Shown here in pieces: positions 10,364 to 20,064 of a DNA stretch of 64,000 nt (the first letter of the stretch is position 1; every line of letters starts with the position of its first letter). The DNA lies in NCBI GenBank assembly GCA_963845535.1, contig CAWJSK010000018.1:64001-128000 (forward strand), written 5' to 3'. Below the pieces are notes generated by a model that saw nothing but the letters and a program-made list of their open reading frames with translations, did no database searches and had not been told where the DNA came from. The DNA is from an uncultured Spirochaetota bacterium (GTDB taxonomy: Bacteria; Spirochaetota; Spirochaetia; SZUA-6; Fen-1364). A program made the translations under genes and the position numbers.

Positions 10364-10552
10364 CTATGCCAGCGTGTTGATCTTGTTTCCCATATGCCCG
10401 GGAAAGCTCCAGGAACCCGTGGCTTTCACGGGGCCCGCAACATCATCCCTGTCACCGTCGTTTTCCATTTCCCCTGGAACCTCCGGTGAGGCGACCTGCG
10501 ACGCGTGGCTCGCTGGAAGCCAGCTCGCATTACCCTGAATTGATGAGATCAT
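10364..10552 (-). CDS. Small hypothetical protein (62 aa)
   Basis: Strong GGAGGT RBS 5 nt before ATG; fills an otherwise empty gap; ends in GNKINTLA. Confidence 0.6.
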   Translation of the reverse strand: MISSIQGNASWLPASHASQVASPEVPGEMENDGDRDDVAGPVKATGSWSFPGHMGNKINTLA

Positions 10553-10656
10553 ACGTTACCTCCACTGAGAGTCTCGGTCGCGAACCTGAAGTTTTGCTGA
10601 AGTCGCGCGAACGAATCCCGGGAGGCCGCACATCACGTAACTCGGTTGTCATTCCG

Positions 10657-11259
10657 TTATTCCAAGTCCTTTGCAATCCTCTCCCAATCTACACATGGAC
10701 CCGGGCAATAGCAGCGGGCAACGGGGTCAATTTCGTAATGTCCGATCAATGAATGATGCAAAACGAAGGCAAGCGACAGACTATCCTTGATCCACTTCAG
10801 GAGCTTGAGATTCGCATCGTACATGGCCGATGTCCACTTTTCCCAATGCTGCCCTTCGTGCTCGATGGAGACGGTATACCAGTTGGGGTTAACGTTTGTG
10901 ATCAAGCCGTCCCAAGACGGATTTGCGGGGACCGATTGTTTATCAAACTGCGTGAGCCATACTCCGTTTGCGAAGGACAGACCATTCGCCCAGGCGGTGT
11001 CATCGATCGATACAAGCTGTGCAATTCTTCCGTCTTTTCCTACGACGAAATGTGCTGAGGCCTCTGATTTCGGGTCAGTAAGCCAGGATATAGCCCCTTG
11101 AAAAGTTGTCTCTGCTATGTGCAGGACGGCGGCCTTCGTCTTCTGATCCCGGCGGCCAGGCCAGAAGTTGCCTGATTCCTTTCTTTCCGCGAAAACGCAC
11201 CACCCGCTCGTTGAAGGCGTTCGAGTATTTTCGCGCGGCGAACCAACAACATTTCCCAT
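10657..11259 (-). CDS. N-acetylmuramoyl-L-alanine amidase (Amidase_2)
   Basis: VLHIA, ASAHFVVGKDG, AWANG, SIEHEG, IGHYEI...CPG zinc-amidase motifs. Confidence 0.9.
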   Translation of the reverse strand: MGNVVGSPRENTRTPSTSGWCVFAERKESGNFWPGRRDQKTKAAVLHIAETTFQGAISWLTDPKSEASAHFVVGKDGRIAQLVSIDDTAWANGLSFANGVWLTQFDKQSVPANPSWDGLITNVNPNWYTVSIEHEGQHWEKWTSAMYDANLKLLKWIKDSLSLAFVLHHSLIGHYEIDPVARCYCPGPCVDWERIAKDLE

Positions 11260-11284
11260 ACGCCCTCCGTTCAACCCAACTTTG

Positions 11285-12943
11285 TCAGCTGAAGAAAAGC
11301 CTCGCTTTTTCCTCGACCGAGCCGTCAGTGTAGTACGGCTTTGACCACGAGTCATCCTCCGTGAGGTAGGTCGATGCGAAAACCGGGCTTCCTGGCGCAG
11401 CAGTCCTCTTTCGATCATAGTCGCGGGCCTTGAAATGGTCGAAGAGTCGCATGAACTCGGTGAGATAGATGTCGGCGACGTCCTGGTTGCCCTGAATCAG
11501 CAGCATGTTTTCGTCATTGTGCGTAGTGGAATTGTCGCTGAAGTTCGCTGAACCGCTGACGACGAGCGGATTGTTGCTGAGAGCGTCTACCAGCAGGTAC
11601 TTCGTGTGCAGGTAGGGGACATTAGGGTTGAGTCCGGTCAGCCTTTCCGTCAACCATCTGCCGACTGGATCAGAATCCCTGAGGTATGCCCCTACTGCAA
11701 TTTGGTTGTACTTCGTCTTGCTGAAGACATCAAAGGTCTTTCCTGGCTTGTCCAGCATCACAAAGCGAAGGTAGCCGACCTGCTTGCTCAAGACTGAGGC
11801 GAGCAGGTCGTTCACGCCGAAAGCCGCGGTGAGGTAGACACTGGGTTTGTCCCGATTGATCTGCTGGGCCGCTGACATTTCCTGGGCGTACCACTGCAGG
11901 ACTTTCAGATCAGGTCGGGGACTGAATACAGCCCGGACGTCCGGGTTCGGAAGTTGCCCCACAGGATCAGGCGCCGCCTCACGGTTCGCTGCTGCAAGAA
12001 CCTTCGCTTGAGGATCGCCTGAGAGTCTGGTCCAGTACTCGATGTAGGACTGGGCTATCTGCGAGTCCCTCACGATGTGACCGACATTGGAATGGCCGAA
12101 GATCCCCCCTTCGGTGATGTTAGTGGAACCGGTCCAGACCTCCGTCGGCTCGCCGTCTTTCAGGAGCACGATAAATTTGTTGTGAGCGATATAGGAGGGA
12201 TTTGCTTTTCGAGGAATGACGAGGTCCTGGATTGCAGCTGCCGTGATGGCTTTCTGGCTCTCCGCCACAGGGTGGTCCTTGCCCGGCCGAGCATCGTAGA
12301 TGATTTTCACATCCGCCCCGCTCTTTGCGGCCGCGCCAAATGCCTTGAGCACTGGTAGATAGTTGAATTCGTAGACTGCAGCTCGTAAGCCCCACCCTTT
12401 CCCTTTCGCCTGGCCAATGAACGCCAGAAGAGCTTCTTCAAGGCCCCGAGAAAGCCACGCGAGTGCTTGGGGATCAGGGTCCTTGGCAAGGTCTACGTCA
12501 GGGAACTTTCGGGCAAACGCCTGGCTGCCGGCCACGCCGCGGTTGAAAAACACCGCGTGCTTCCCCTGGTCCTCGTTCTGCGTGGAAACCTCCACTGTGA
12601 CTGAGGGACCCGGTGAGAGGTTCTTGGGGGTTCCGTACAGGGGAACAACTTCGTAGGAATAGTCGTGTCGAGGCTTTGCCGTGTAGTCGCCCCAGTGGAA
12701 GTCCTGGATTGGTTGTTCTCTCGTGGTGACGAGCGACCCGGCCTCGGGATGTGGATCCGTGGACTTGAAGGTTTTGAAGCCTTTCAGCCAGTAGTCCTCG
12801 TTCTCGGTCTTGTCCTGGCGCCTGACGGCAAAGCCGAGAAGCCCTTTGGCGCCCTCCGGCGTCACGTTCATGCCAAGGAGCACGACATATGTGCCCGCAA
12901 TCGCCTGGACGCTGAGCCTTTCGTTCTTCTTTGTGACTCTCAT
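11285..12943 (-). CDS. Phospholipase D superfamily protein with two HKD-type motifs
   Basis: HNKFIVLLKD...WTGSTN and HTKYLLVD...SGSANFS...NDEN. Confidence 0.9.
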   Translation of the reverse strand: MRVTKKNERLSVQAIAGTYVVLLGMNVTPEGAKGLLGFAVRRQDKTENEDYWLKGFKTFKSTDPHPEAGSLVTTREQPIQDFHWGDYTAKPRHDYSYEVVPLYGTPKNLSPGPSVTVEVSTQNEDQGKHAVFFNRGVAGSQAFARKFPDVDLAKDPDPQALAWLSRGLEEALLAFIGQAKGKGWGLRAAVYEFNYLPVLKAFGAAAKSGADVKIIYDARPGKDHPVAESQKAITAAAIQDLVIPRKANPSYIAHNKFIVLLKDGEPTEVWTGSTNITEGGIFGHSNVGHIVRDSQIAQSYIEYWTRLSGDPQAKVLAAANREAAPDPVGQLPNPDVRAVFSPRPDLKVLQWYAQEMSAAQQINRDKPSVYLTAAFGVNDLLASVLSKQVGYLRFVMLDKPGKTFDVFSKTKYNQIAVGAYLRDSDPVGRWLTERLTGLNPNVPYLHTKYLLVDALSNNPLVVSGSANFSDNSTTHNDENMLLIQGNQDVADIYLTEFMRLFDHFKARDYDRKRTAAPGSPVFASTYLTEDDSWSKPYYTDGSVEEKARLFFS

Positions 12944-13026
12944 GAGAACCCCCTTCCAGTCGGGCATGGCACCGGGCAGGGATCAGGTCTCCGCAGCATC
13001 CTACGACGCCGATCCTTGCGTCGTCA

Positions 13027-13061
13027 AGAAAGGCGACAGAAAGGCGACAGAAAGGCGGCAG
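13027..13061. repeat. 11-bp tandem repeat AGAAAGGCGAC, about 3 copies
   Basis: Copies at 13027, 13038 and 13049 (third has one mismatch). Confidence 0.85.
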
Positions 13062-13110
13062 CGCCGTGTTGCGGCGCCCTCACGGCAACGAACCACGAAC
13101 CGCGCTTCTC

Positions 13111-13142
13111 TTGACCCAGGACCTTCACTCACCGTACGGTGA
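13111..13142 (+). promoter_or_regulatory. Putative sigma70 promoter with a 14-bp palindrome over the -10
   Basis: TTGACC-N18-TACGGT; perfect palindrome TCACCGTACGGTGA at 13129-13142. Confidence 0.45.
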
Positions 13143-13163
13143 CCGCGAGGCTATCAGGAAACG

Positions 13164-14399
13164 GTGAACGCAAAACTGTCGTCGTACATCAAGGGAATCC
13201 CTGTTGTCGATGTGCACGAGCATCACATGCCTCACATCCTGCTCAACAAGGACGTCGGACTCCTTCAACTGTTCCAGGAAAGCTATGCCGGATGGACGCA
13301 GGCTCGCACCGGGCCATCTGTGAAAACAGGCCCCGCCAGTTGGAGCGACATTGCTGCGTATGTCGAAGGAAGCGGAACAAACGCGTTCGTTGGCAACATG
13401 GTGAGCGCGCTGGTCGAGCTGTATGGATTGGGCGAAGAAGGCATCACGGAAAAGAATTGGGCGAAGCTGGACGCACGAATCCGGGAGAAGCACGCGGATC
13501 CTCGCTGGAGCCAGCACGTGCTCGACCGTGCGGGCATCTCGACGGCGATTTCCGATCCCTACGTGGACCCTCTCATGGATGTCAGGCAAACCCTGGGGGA
13601 ACGCTATCTCTCCGTGCTTCGCGTCAACGCGTTTGCAATAGGATGGAACGCAGAATCGAGGGACCACAACGGCAATAGCGCCGGGGAGTTGCTTGCCAGG
13701 CTCGGAACAAAGCCCGGGTCGTTCGATGACTACCTTCAGGCGCTGCCGCTTCTCCTCGATCAGCTTGCCGGTCTCCATAAGGTGGGGCTCAAGAACGCGC
13801 TGGCTTATGACAGGTCCGTCAATTTCGATGACGTGAACATGGAGATGGCTCGAAGCGCGTGGGGCAAGCGGGACCCTTCGCCCCTCGAGAAGAAGGCCTT
13901 CGGGGACGTTGTCGTGGACAGGCTCTGCCGTTTGGCAGGCGAAAGAGATATTCCCGTGCAGATGCACCTCGGCACGGCCCTCATCAGAGGCTCGCGCCCT
14001 CTTGAAGCGGCCGGACTCATCGAGCGAAACCCGCGGACCCGGTTTCTTCTCATGCACCTTGCGTTTCCATGGTGCGACGAGCTCCTCGGCATGGCTTTCA
14101 CGTACCGCAACATCTGGCTCGACCTGACCTGGTCATGGCTTCTCAGCCCCAGCCGATTTGGGAGTGCACTGGAGCAAGCCATCGACGTTCTTCCTGACGA
14201 ATCCCGCATGATGCTTGGCGGGGATACGTGGCACCCTGAGGAAGCGTACGGGGCAATTGCGCAGGCGCGGCGGCTCATCTGTGAGACGCTGGACTCATGC
14301 GTGCGCAAGGGCCGTTTCCGCTCCCGTGATGCCGAGCGGCTGTCTCGAAAGATCCTCTTCGAGAACGCGTCGAAGTTTTTTGCACTCGGTTTGCATTAG
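13164..14399 (+). CDS. Amidohydrolase superfamily protein (uronate-isomerase-like TIM barrel)
   Basis: DVHEHH metal motif, QMHLG, LMHLAFP, MLGGD. Confidence 0.85.
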   Translation: MNAKLSSYIKGIPVVDVHEHHMPHILLNKDVGLLQLFQESYAGWTQARTGPSVKTGPASWSDIAAYVEGSGTNAFVGNMVSALVELYGLGEEGITEKNWAKLDARIREKHADPRWSQHVLDRAGISTAISDPYVDPLMDVRQTLGERYLSVLRVNAFAIGWNAESRDHNGNSAGELLARLGTKPGSFDDYLQALPLLLDQLAGLHKVGLKNALAYDRSVNFDDVNMEMARSAWGKRDPSPLEKKAFGDVVVDRLCRLAGERDIPVQMHLGTALIRGSRPLEAAGLIERNPRTRFLLMHLAFPWCDELLGMAFTYRNIWLDLTWSWLLSPSRFGSALEQAIDVLPDESRMMLGGDTWHPEEAYGAIAQARRLICETLDSCVRKGRFRSRDAERLSRKILFENASKFFALGLH

Positions 14400-14422
14400 G
14401 ACTGTAGAAAGGAGGTCCGATC

Positions 14423-15058
14423 ATGCCGAATGCCAGATCGGATAGAATACCCCTGCCGAAGCCCACCGCGGGTCGAGGCAAGACCGTCTTTGCGGCGTTG
14501 CAGAAGAGGCGGACAGACCGCTCCTTCGGTGACAGAAAACTCTCCCTGCAGATGCTGTCCAACCTGCTCTGGTCGGCATGTGGAACAAACCGCTCCAAAG
14601 GGCCGTTCGAGACTCCCGGAAGCACGGCTGCCTCAGCCAGCAACTCACGGGAGATCGATCTCTACGTCGCCCTGGAGGAGGGTGTCTATCGATACGAGCC
14701 TGTTCCTCACGCCTTGACTCTCGTTTCGGCTGAAGACCTGAGGGCTTTGGCCATCGGAAAGGGACAGGGAAAGGCAGGAGCGCAAGCCGCGGTCCGTCTC
14801 ATCTTCGTTGTAGATATCGATAAGTTCAGCAAGGCCGGCTTTCAGGAGCCGGGCTCGAATGATCCTGAGGTCCAGAAGTCTTACTATTTCGTGGACACCG
14901 GCATTATTGCGGCAAACATCTACCTGTTCGCAGCTTCCCAGGGCCTGGCGGCATGGTTTCATAACTGCGACAAGGCAGCTCTCTCGACGAAGTTGAAGCT
15001 GCGTGGCGACCAGCGAGTGCTTTTTGGCCAGACGGTGGGCTACCTTCAAAAAAGCTAG
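14423..15058 (+). CDS. Nitroreductase family protein (SagB/ThcOx-like)
   Basis: LQKRRTDRSF, TAASASN, DTGIIAANIYLFAASQGL; AAGGAGG RBS. Confidence 0.9.
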   Translation: MPNARSDRIPLPKPTAGRGKTVFAALQKRRTDRSFGDRKLSLQMLSNLLWSACGTNRSKGPFETPGSTAASASNSREIDLYVALEEGVYRYEPVPHALTLVSAEDLRALAIGKGQGKAGAQAAVRLIFVVDIDKFSKAGFQEPGSNDPEVQKSYYFVDTGIIAANIYLFAASQGLAAWFHNCDKAALSTKLKLRGDQRVLFGQTVGYLQKS

Positions 15059-15597
15059 CGCCGACGGTCTGTCAGGATCTTTGCAAATACTCTTTCGCCC
15101 GGTGCCACCACCATCTTTATCCACAGTCTTGCCGCGGTCGCAAGCCCTTTCGATCTGGCAACGTCACTGAAGCCCGTCCTGGCGAAGCCTCGTGATTGAA
15201 GCAGCCGAATTGCCGGCGTATTTTCAGCTCGAACACATGCAAAGACCTCGCGCGCCCCGTACGCCTGAAGGAGCTCGAGCGCATCATCGAGGAGAAAACC
15301 TCCGACGCCTTTTGCTCTCTGAGACGGGGTCACCGCGGCATAGTAGGCATATCCGGAGATTTCGCCGAGCATTGTGGACATCGCCAATCCCACAACGACG
15401 CTGCCCTGGGTCGCTTTCCTTACCCACCTGACGGACCGTAGAGTCCTGCGGGCGTGCCAAAGATAGATGCCCTTGAAGCTTTCCAAAAGGATAGGCGTAA
15501 GGCTCTCCCGAGCGTCAGCAGGCACTCCCTCGATATTCAGAGAGCCAGGCCCCGTTCTCCGCTGAGCCGTTGCGTTCTTATCCAGTGAGGCTTTCAC
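15055..15597 (-). CDS. GNAT family N-acetyltransferase
   Basis: AVTPSQRAKGVG motif A; NTPAIRLLQSRGF. Confidence 0.8.
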   Translation of the reverse strand: MKASLDKNATAQRRTGPGSLNIEGVPADARESLTPILLESFKGIYLWHARRTLRSVRWVRKATQGSVVVGLAMSTMLGEISGYAYYAAVTPSQRAKGVGGFLLDDALELLQAYGAREVFACVRAENTPAIRLLQSRGFARTGFSDVARSKGLATAARLWIKMVVAPGERVFAKILTDRRR

Positions 15598-16417
15598 AGA
15601 TTCCCCAGAGTCGTTCTTCGTTCTCCCGGTTTCTGAACGAGCAGGGGATTTCTTTCCTGTTCTCGAATAACTTTCCCGTGATTCCCTCCGCTTCTGGACT
15701 GCCGGCCAGCCAGACGGCGGTATCAGCCCCGTCCGCAGGGGTTCGGCCGCCGCCCCGGCGCCGCAGTTGCTCCATCACTTCTGTCGGCGCGTGGCGGTAG
15801 AGGCCCGTGTCGACGATGAGCCCGGGTGCCATTGCAGTTGCCGTCACGCCGCTGCCGTCGAGCCTGCGCGCCAGCGCCCATGTCAGGAGCCTGTCGCACG
15901 CCTTGGACTGCGCGTACGCCTTCATGCTGTCGAACGGACGCCGCTGGAACTGCAGGTCATCCAGGTCCAGGTCACTTGCAAAGGTTGAGGCCACGTTCAC
16001 GATTCGGGCAGGAGCGCTCTCCCGCAACCGCGGAAGCAGGGATTGGATCATGAGGAAGTAGCCGATCACGTTCGTGCCAAAAGTCAGCTCGATCCCGTCA
16101 GGGCTCTTCGCCCACGGCTGGGACCCCCGGCTCACCCCGGCGTTGTTGACAAGCACGTCGATGCGCGAATGCCGCTCAAGGACCTGCCGCGCAAAAGCCT
16201 CGATGGATTTTCGACTGGCAAGGTCCACCGGGACCACGTCGACAGAGATGCCTTTGGAGGCTCCCGTGAGCTCTCCAGCTATGGTCTCGCCAGCGGCAGT
16301 GTCCCTGCAGCCCAGGATGAGGTTCGAGCCCAGTTTTGCCAGCCCTTTGGCAATCTCTTTCCCGATTCCCGAAGTCGGGCCGGTTATCACCGCGGTCTTG
16401 CCTTCCATGGGTCTCAT
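15578..16417 (-). CDS. Short-chain dehydrogenase/reductase (retinol-dehydrogenase-like)
   Basis: TGPTSGIG, VNNAG, YAQSK. Confidence 0.92.
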   Translation of the reverse strand: MRPMEGKTAVITGPTSGIGKEIAKGLAKLGSNLILGCRDTAAGETIAGELTGASKGISVDVVPVDLASRKSIEAFARQVLERHSRIDVLVNNAGVSRGSQPWAKSPDGIELTFGTNVIGYFLMIQSLLPRLRESAPARIVNVASTFASDLDLDDLQFQRRPFDSMKAYAQSKACDRLLTWALARRLDGSGVTATAMAPGLIVDTGLYRHAPTEVMEQLRRRGGGRTPADGADTAVWLAGSPEAEGITGKLFENRKEIPCSFRNRENEERLWGICESLTG

Positions 16418-16522
16418 CCGTCTCCGCCCTCCTCTCGTGTCATTGGACTATACCACGAAAGGACCGCAGGGTTCCTCCCGGCAGAGTATCACATCGAGGT
16501 GAAAGCTCTGGCGTATTCGGTC

Positions 16523-17668
16523 TCACCTCACGCCGTAGACCACCACGCGCATGATGCTGCCCTGGGCCGCCATGGAAAAGAGGAGCATCCCGTAGTATTC
16601 AGGCCGCGCCTCCCGCACGTCCTGGCCGTTGTCCGCGATGGGCGTGTACCCGGGGCTTTCGCCTCCGCCGTGGAGGTTCACCCCTGAGGCCCCGGCCGCG
16701 GCGCACTGGAAGAGGAAGTCGATCATCCAGAGAGCCGATGCGAACGAATCGCTGACGCGCGCGGCGCCCCCGTTGTAGAACGAGTTGGCTTCCCCGAGCC
16801 TGAACCCGAGCGGGATGCTCTGCAATCGCGCGGCATCCTCCAAGGCTCCCAGCAGCCCTGACAGCCGGGCGTCAGGACTGAGCATGAGCCCGACCGTGGA
16901 GGTTGGGAGCTTCCCGTTGGCCCGGTAGTAGTGGTGAGTGAGGAGAGAGAGGATGCCGCGGGCGTCCTTGCTGAAGGGGATGGTGTACCCGTCGAGGTTC
17001 GATGCTGTAGCGGGCCCGGCGAAGCTCGCATCCGGCGCGGCGGAGGAAATGACGCGGGCATCGTTTTCCCATTCCTTCAGAAAGTCACCGTACGTATAGT
17101 CCGGCGCCCGAAGACCGTTGGCATGGTACAGGTCGGGCTCGTTTCCGATCTCGAAAGCAATCAGCCGGTTCCCGAAAGCGGCCCGAGCTGCCGAGGCTTC
17201 ATCCGCCATGGCTTGCGGACTCGAAGTCCCCATGTTGAGGCCGTAGATGATGCGCCAGTCCGCGGCCTCCAGGAAGCGCGCCAGGCGGGAAACGTCCGCG
17301 GGGGCGACCAAACCTTTTCGCAGGCCCGACCCCTCGGGGTCCCAGAGTGTCCTGTCGACGCTGTTCCCGCCAACCCTGAGCACGCCAGGGCCGAGCCGCC
17401 GAAACAGCCGCACCAGCGCGGTGTCGTTTGCGTCAAAAAGGGGAAGGTCCAAAGCGGCTTTCTCATAGCTCAGGCCAATGAAGTCCGGAGGGATTTCGGG
17501 CCCGGGCTTTCCCCCGGTCATGATCCGCACCCTCGGGCGCTCCTGTGTCTTCCCGGCGCCCGGCTGCGCGCAACCCGCGGTGAAAGCCAGCAATCCTGCG
17601 AGGCATGCCGTCAGCGCGAAGGCGGGCCGAAGCCGTGATGGTCGGTTGGTGCAACTCATCTTCGTCAA
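16523..17668 (-). CDS. Glycoside hydrolase family 79 lipoprotein (beta-glucuronidase/heparanase-like), catalytic barrel only
   Basis: Lipobox-like FTAGC; FIGLSYE, LRVGGNSVD, EIGNEPD (acid/base), LGEANS (nucleophile), GVNLH. Confidence 0.85.
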   Translation of the reverse strand: MTKMSCTNRPSRLRPAFALTACLAGLLAFTAGCAQPGAGKTQERPRVRIMTGGKPGPEIPPDFIGLSYEKAALDLPLFDANDTALVRLFRRLGPGVLRVGGNSVDRTLWDPEGSGLRKGLVAPADVSRLARFLEAADWRIIYGLNMGTSSPQAMADEASAARAAFGNRLIAFEIGNEPDLYHANGLRAPDYTYGDFLKEWENDARVISSAAPDASFAGPATASNLDGYTIPFSKDARGILSLLTHHYYRANGKLPTSTVGLMLSPDARLSGLLGALEDAARLQSIPLGFRLGEANSFYNGGAARVSDSFASALWMIDFLFQCAAAGASGVNLHGGGESPGYTPIADNGQDVREARPEYYGMLLFSMAAQGSIMRVVVYGVR

Positions 17669-17778
17669 GGCTAACGCCGCGGGAAAGCCAAAGGCAAGGC
17701 CTGGAAAGGAGCGGAGGAGGCCCTGCCGTCAGGCCAGCGCGGCAGTGAATTGAGTATATTCGCCTTCGGAGAAAAGCG

Positions 17779-18462
17779 ATGATGCAGGTCGAGATTTGGT
17801 CCGATGTCGTCTGCCCTTTCTGCTATATGGGCAAGAGAAGATTCGAAAACGCCCTGAAGCTTTTCGAGCACAAGAACGATGCTCAGGTGACGTTTCGCAG
17901 CTTCCAGCTTGACCCCGAGCTGCGCCCTGAGCCGGGGCTCTCAGTGTACGAGTATCTGGCCAGTCGAAAGGGGATGCAGCTCTCGGAAATCCGGCGCATG
18001 CACGAACGGCTCACCCGCGCGGCCGCCGAGCTTGGTCTGGATTACAATTTCGACCAGGCTGTCATGGCAAACACCGTTGATGCTCATCGGCTGACTCATC
18101 TGGCTCGCGAGCGCGGGCGGCAGGAGGCCATGGAAGAGCGCCTTTTCTTTGCATACTTCACGGAGGGCAGGAACATCGGAGACCGCGAGACGCTTGCGGC
18201 CCTGGGAGGGGAGGCAGGGCTGGATCCGGATGAAATCCGCCTCGCACTCGCGGGAGACCGCTTCACCGACACCGTGAGAGCCGAAGCCCGTGAGGCTGGA
18301 GAGCTGGGAGCTGACGGCGTGCCTTTCTACGTCTTCAACCGCGCATATGCCATCTCAGGAGCGCAGCCAAGCGAGCTGTTCCTGGAGGCGCTGCAAAAGG
18401 CCTGGGAAGAGCAGACAGCAGACGAACCCGCCGGCGGCCCGCTCCCTTCGACCGAGCGCTGA
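17779..18462 (+). CDS. DsbA family oxidoreductase (FrnE-like)
   Basis: WSDVVCPFCYMG, GVPFYVFN, SGAQP. Confidence 0.92.
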   Translation: MMQVEIWSDVVCPFCYMGKRRFENALKLFEHKNDAQVTFRSFQLDPELRPEPGLSVYEYLASRKGMQLSEIRRMHERLTRAAAELGLDYNFDQAVMANTVDAHRLTHLARERGRQEAMEERLFFAYFTEGRNIGDRETLAALGGEAGLDPDEIRLALAGDRFTDTVRAEAREAGELGADGVPFYVFNRAYAISGAQPSELFLEALQKAWEEQTADEPAGGPLPSTER

Positions 18463-18490
18463 GTCCGGGTCTCATCGGGCGGTCAGCGGA

Positions 18491-18928
18491 CTACGGGGCT
18501 GTCGTGCTGCCGCCGGCCGCGGTACGTTTGCGCCTGCGAGCAGGGGGCAGGAAGAGGAAAGTGAGCACCACGATTGCGGCAAAGCCGATATACAGGACCA
18601 GGAAAACCCAGGCCGGAAAATCATAGAAGATGATGCTTCGGACCAGGCGCGCGACAAAGGAGAGCTGGGCTTCCACCCTTTGGCCCGCCAGGGCGCGCAG
18701 ACGGTACTCCCACACGGTGAGGGGGCAGCGGGCCCCGGCCAGGGCCTCGACGGCAACCAGGACAATGGCGACAAGGTGAGCAATCCGAAAGGGAAGGTTG
18801 CGGATCCAGCCCCACCTCAGCGCGCCGCCGACAAGGATGACGATCTCCCCTCCCACGGTGAACGTCACATAGCAGAAATGAACGACGACGATCACGTCCG
18901 CAAGGAAAGCAAACAGCGAGAAGCTCAT
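18491..18928 (-). CDS. DUF2784 family membrane protein
   Basis: LADVIVVVH, FRIAHL, CPLTVWEYRLR. Confidence 0.85.
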   Translation of the reverse strand: MSFSLFAFLADVIVVVHFCYVTFTVGGEIVILVGGALRWGWIRNLPFRIAHLVAIVLVAVEALAGARCPLTVWEYRLRALAGQRVEAQLSFVARLVRSIIFYDFPAWVFLVLYIGFAAIVVLTFLFLPPARRRKRTAAGGSTTAP

Positions 18929-18999
18929 CCTGCCTCGTCCCTTTGTCCTTTGATGCATGATATACTGACCGGCGGCTGCGCGCCATGAGGAGGGAATCC

Positions 19000-20055
19000 A
19001 TGGAAGCTGGAAATGGCCGTATGCGCGCGGGGGTTCTCCACCGCCCGCGCGACCTGCGCTATGAGCAGGTCCCCGTTCCGAAAGCCCGCCCGGACGAGGT
19101 CCTTGTGGAGATCACGACAAACGGTTTGTGCGGGTCGGACATTCATTTCTACAAGGAAGGGAAGCTCGGCCCGTTCGTGGTGGACAAGCCGTATATCCCC
19201 GGACACGAAGCCTGTGGGATTGTCGTTCGGGAAGCTGACCGGCCCGGCGGGCCAAAAAAGGGCCAGCGGGTGGCGGTGGAGCCCGGGATACCCTGCCGCG
19301 CATGCGCGCTGTGCAAGTCCGGGCGATACAACCTCTGCAGGGACGTCGTGTTCATGTCCGCTCCGCCCGTGAACGGCACGTTTGCCGAATATGCGGCGGT
19401 AGCCGCCGATTTCGCGCATCTTCTGCCGGATTCCGTGGACGAGGAATCCGGCGCGTTCGTGGAGCCGGTGAGCGTTGGCGTGCAAGCCTGCACCCGGGCA
19501 GGGCTTCGCGCTGCCGCCAGCGTTGCGGTGATCGGCGCAGGGCCCATCGGACTGGTGACGATGCTCGTGGCACGGGCCTTCGGAGCCGCCACCGCTTTCC
19601 TCATCGACAGGCTGCCGTCCCGGCTCGCGCTGGGCGCGTCTTTGGGGGCAACGGCGACAATCGATGCAGGCTCGACGGACCCGGTGGCGCGAATGGCAGA
19701 GCTCACGGACGGGGCCGGTGTGGACTTTGTCTTCGACGCGAGCGGCTCCTCGGCAGCATGCGCCTCTGCGCCGGCCATTGCCGCGCGCGGCGGCTCGGTC
19801 ACGATCATCGGTTGGCCTGAAAAGAGCACCTTCGCGTACCCGGTCGAAAGCATCATCGAGAAAGAGCTCGATGTTCATGGAACAAATCGTTATGCAAACG
19901 CGTTCCCCAGGGCCATCGCCTTGCTGGCCAGCAGGAAGGTGGACGTCCATCCCCTGGTCTCCCACCGTTTCAGGCTGGATGAGGTGACTGAGGCATTCGC
20001 GTTCGCCGCGGATCATCCGGCGGAGACCATCAAGGTCATGGTGCGGAGGGAGTAA
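19000..20055 (+). CDS. Zn-dependent polyol dehydrogenase (sorbitol/xylitol dehydrogenase family)
   Basis: GLCGSDIH, PGHE, VEPGIPCRACALCKSGRYNLC, GAGPIG. Confidence 0.92.
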   Translation: MEAGNGRMRAGVLHRPRDLRYEQVPVPKARPDEVLVEITTNGLCGSDIHFYKEGKLGPFVVDKPYIPGHEACGIVVREADRPGGPKKGQRVAVEPGIPCRACALCKSGRYNLCRDVVFMSAPPVNGTFAEYAAVAADFAHLLPDSVDEESGAFVEPVSVGVQACTRAGLRAAASVAVIGAGPIGLVTMLVARAFGAATAFLIDRLPSRLALGASLGATATIDAGSTDPVARMAELTDGAGVDFVFDASGSSAACASAPAIAARGGSVTIIGWPEKSTFAYPVESIIEKELDVHGTNRYANAFPRAIALLASRKVDVHPLVSHRFRLDEVTEAFAFAADHPAETIKVMVRRE

Positions 20056-20064
20056 GGAGGCGGC

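Noticed and set aside
13027..13061. Possible CRISPR array
   Set aside because: Units are 11 bp with no spacers, and there are no cas genes. No repeat-spacer pattern was seen anywhere in the window.
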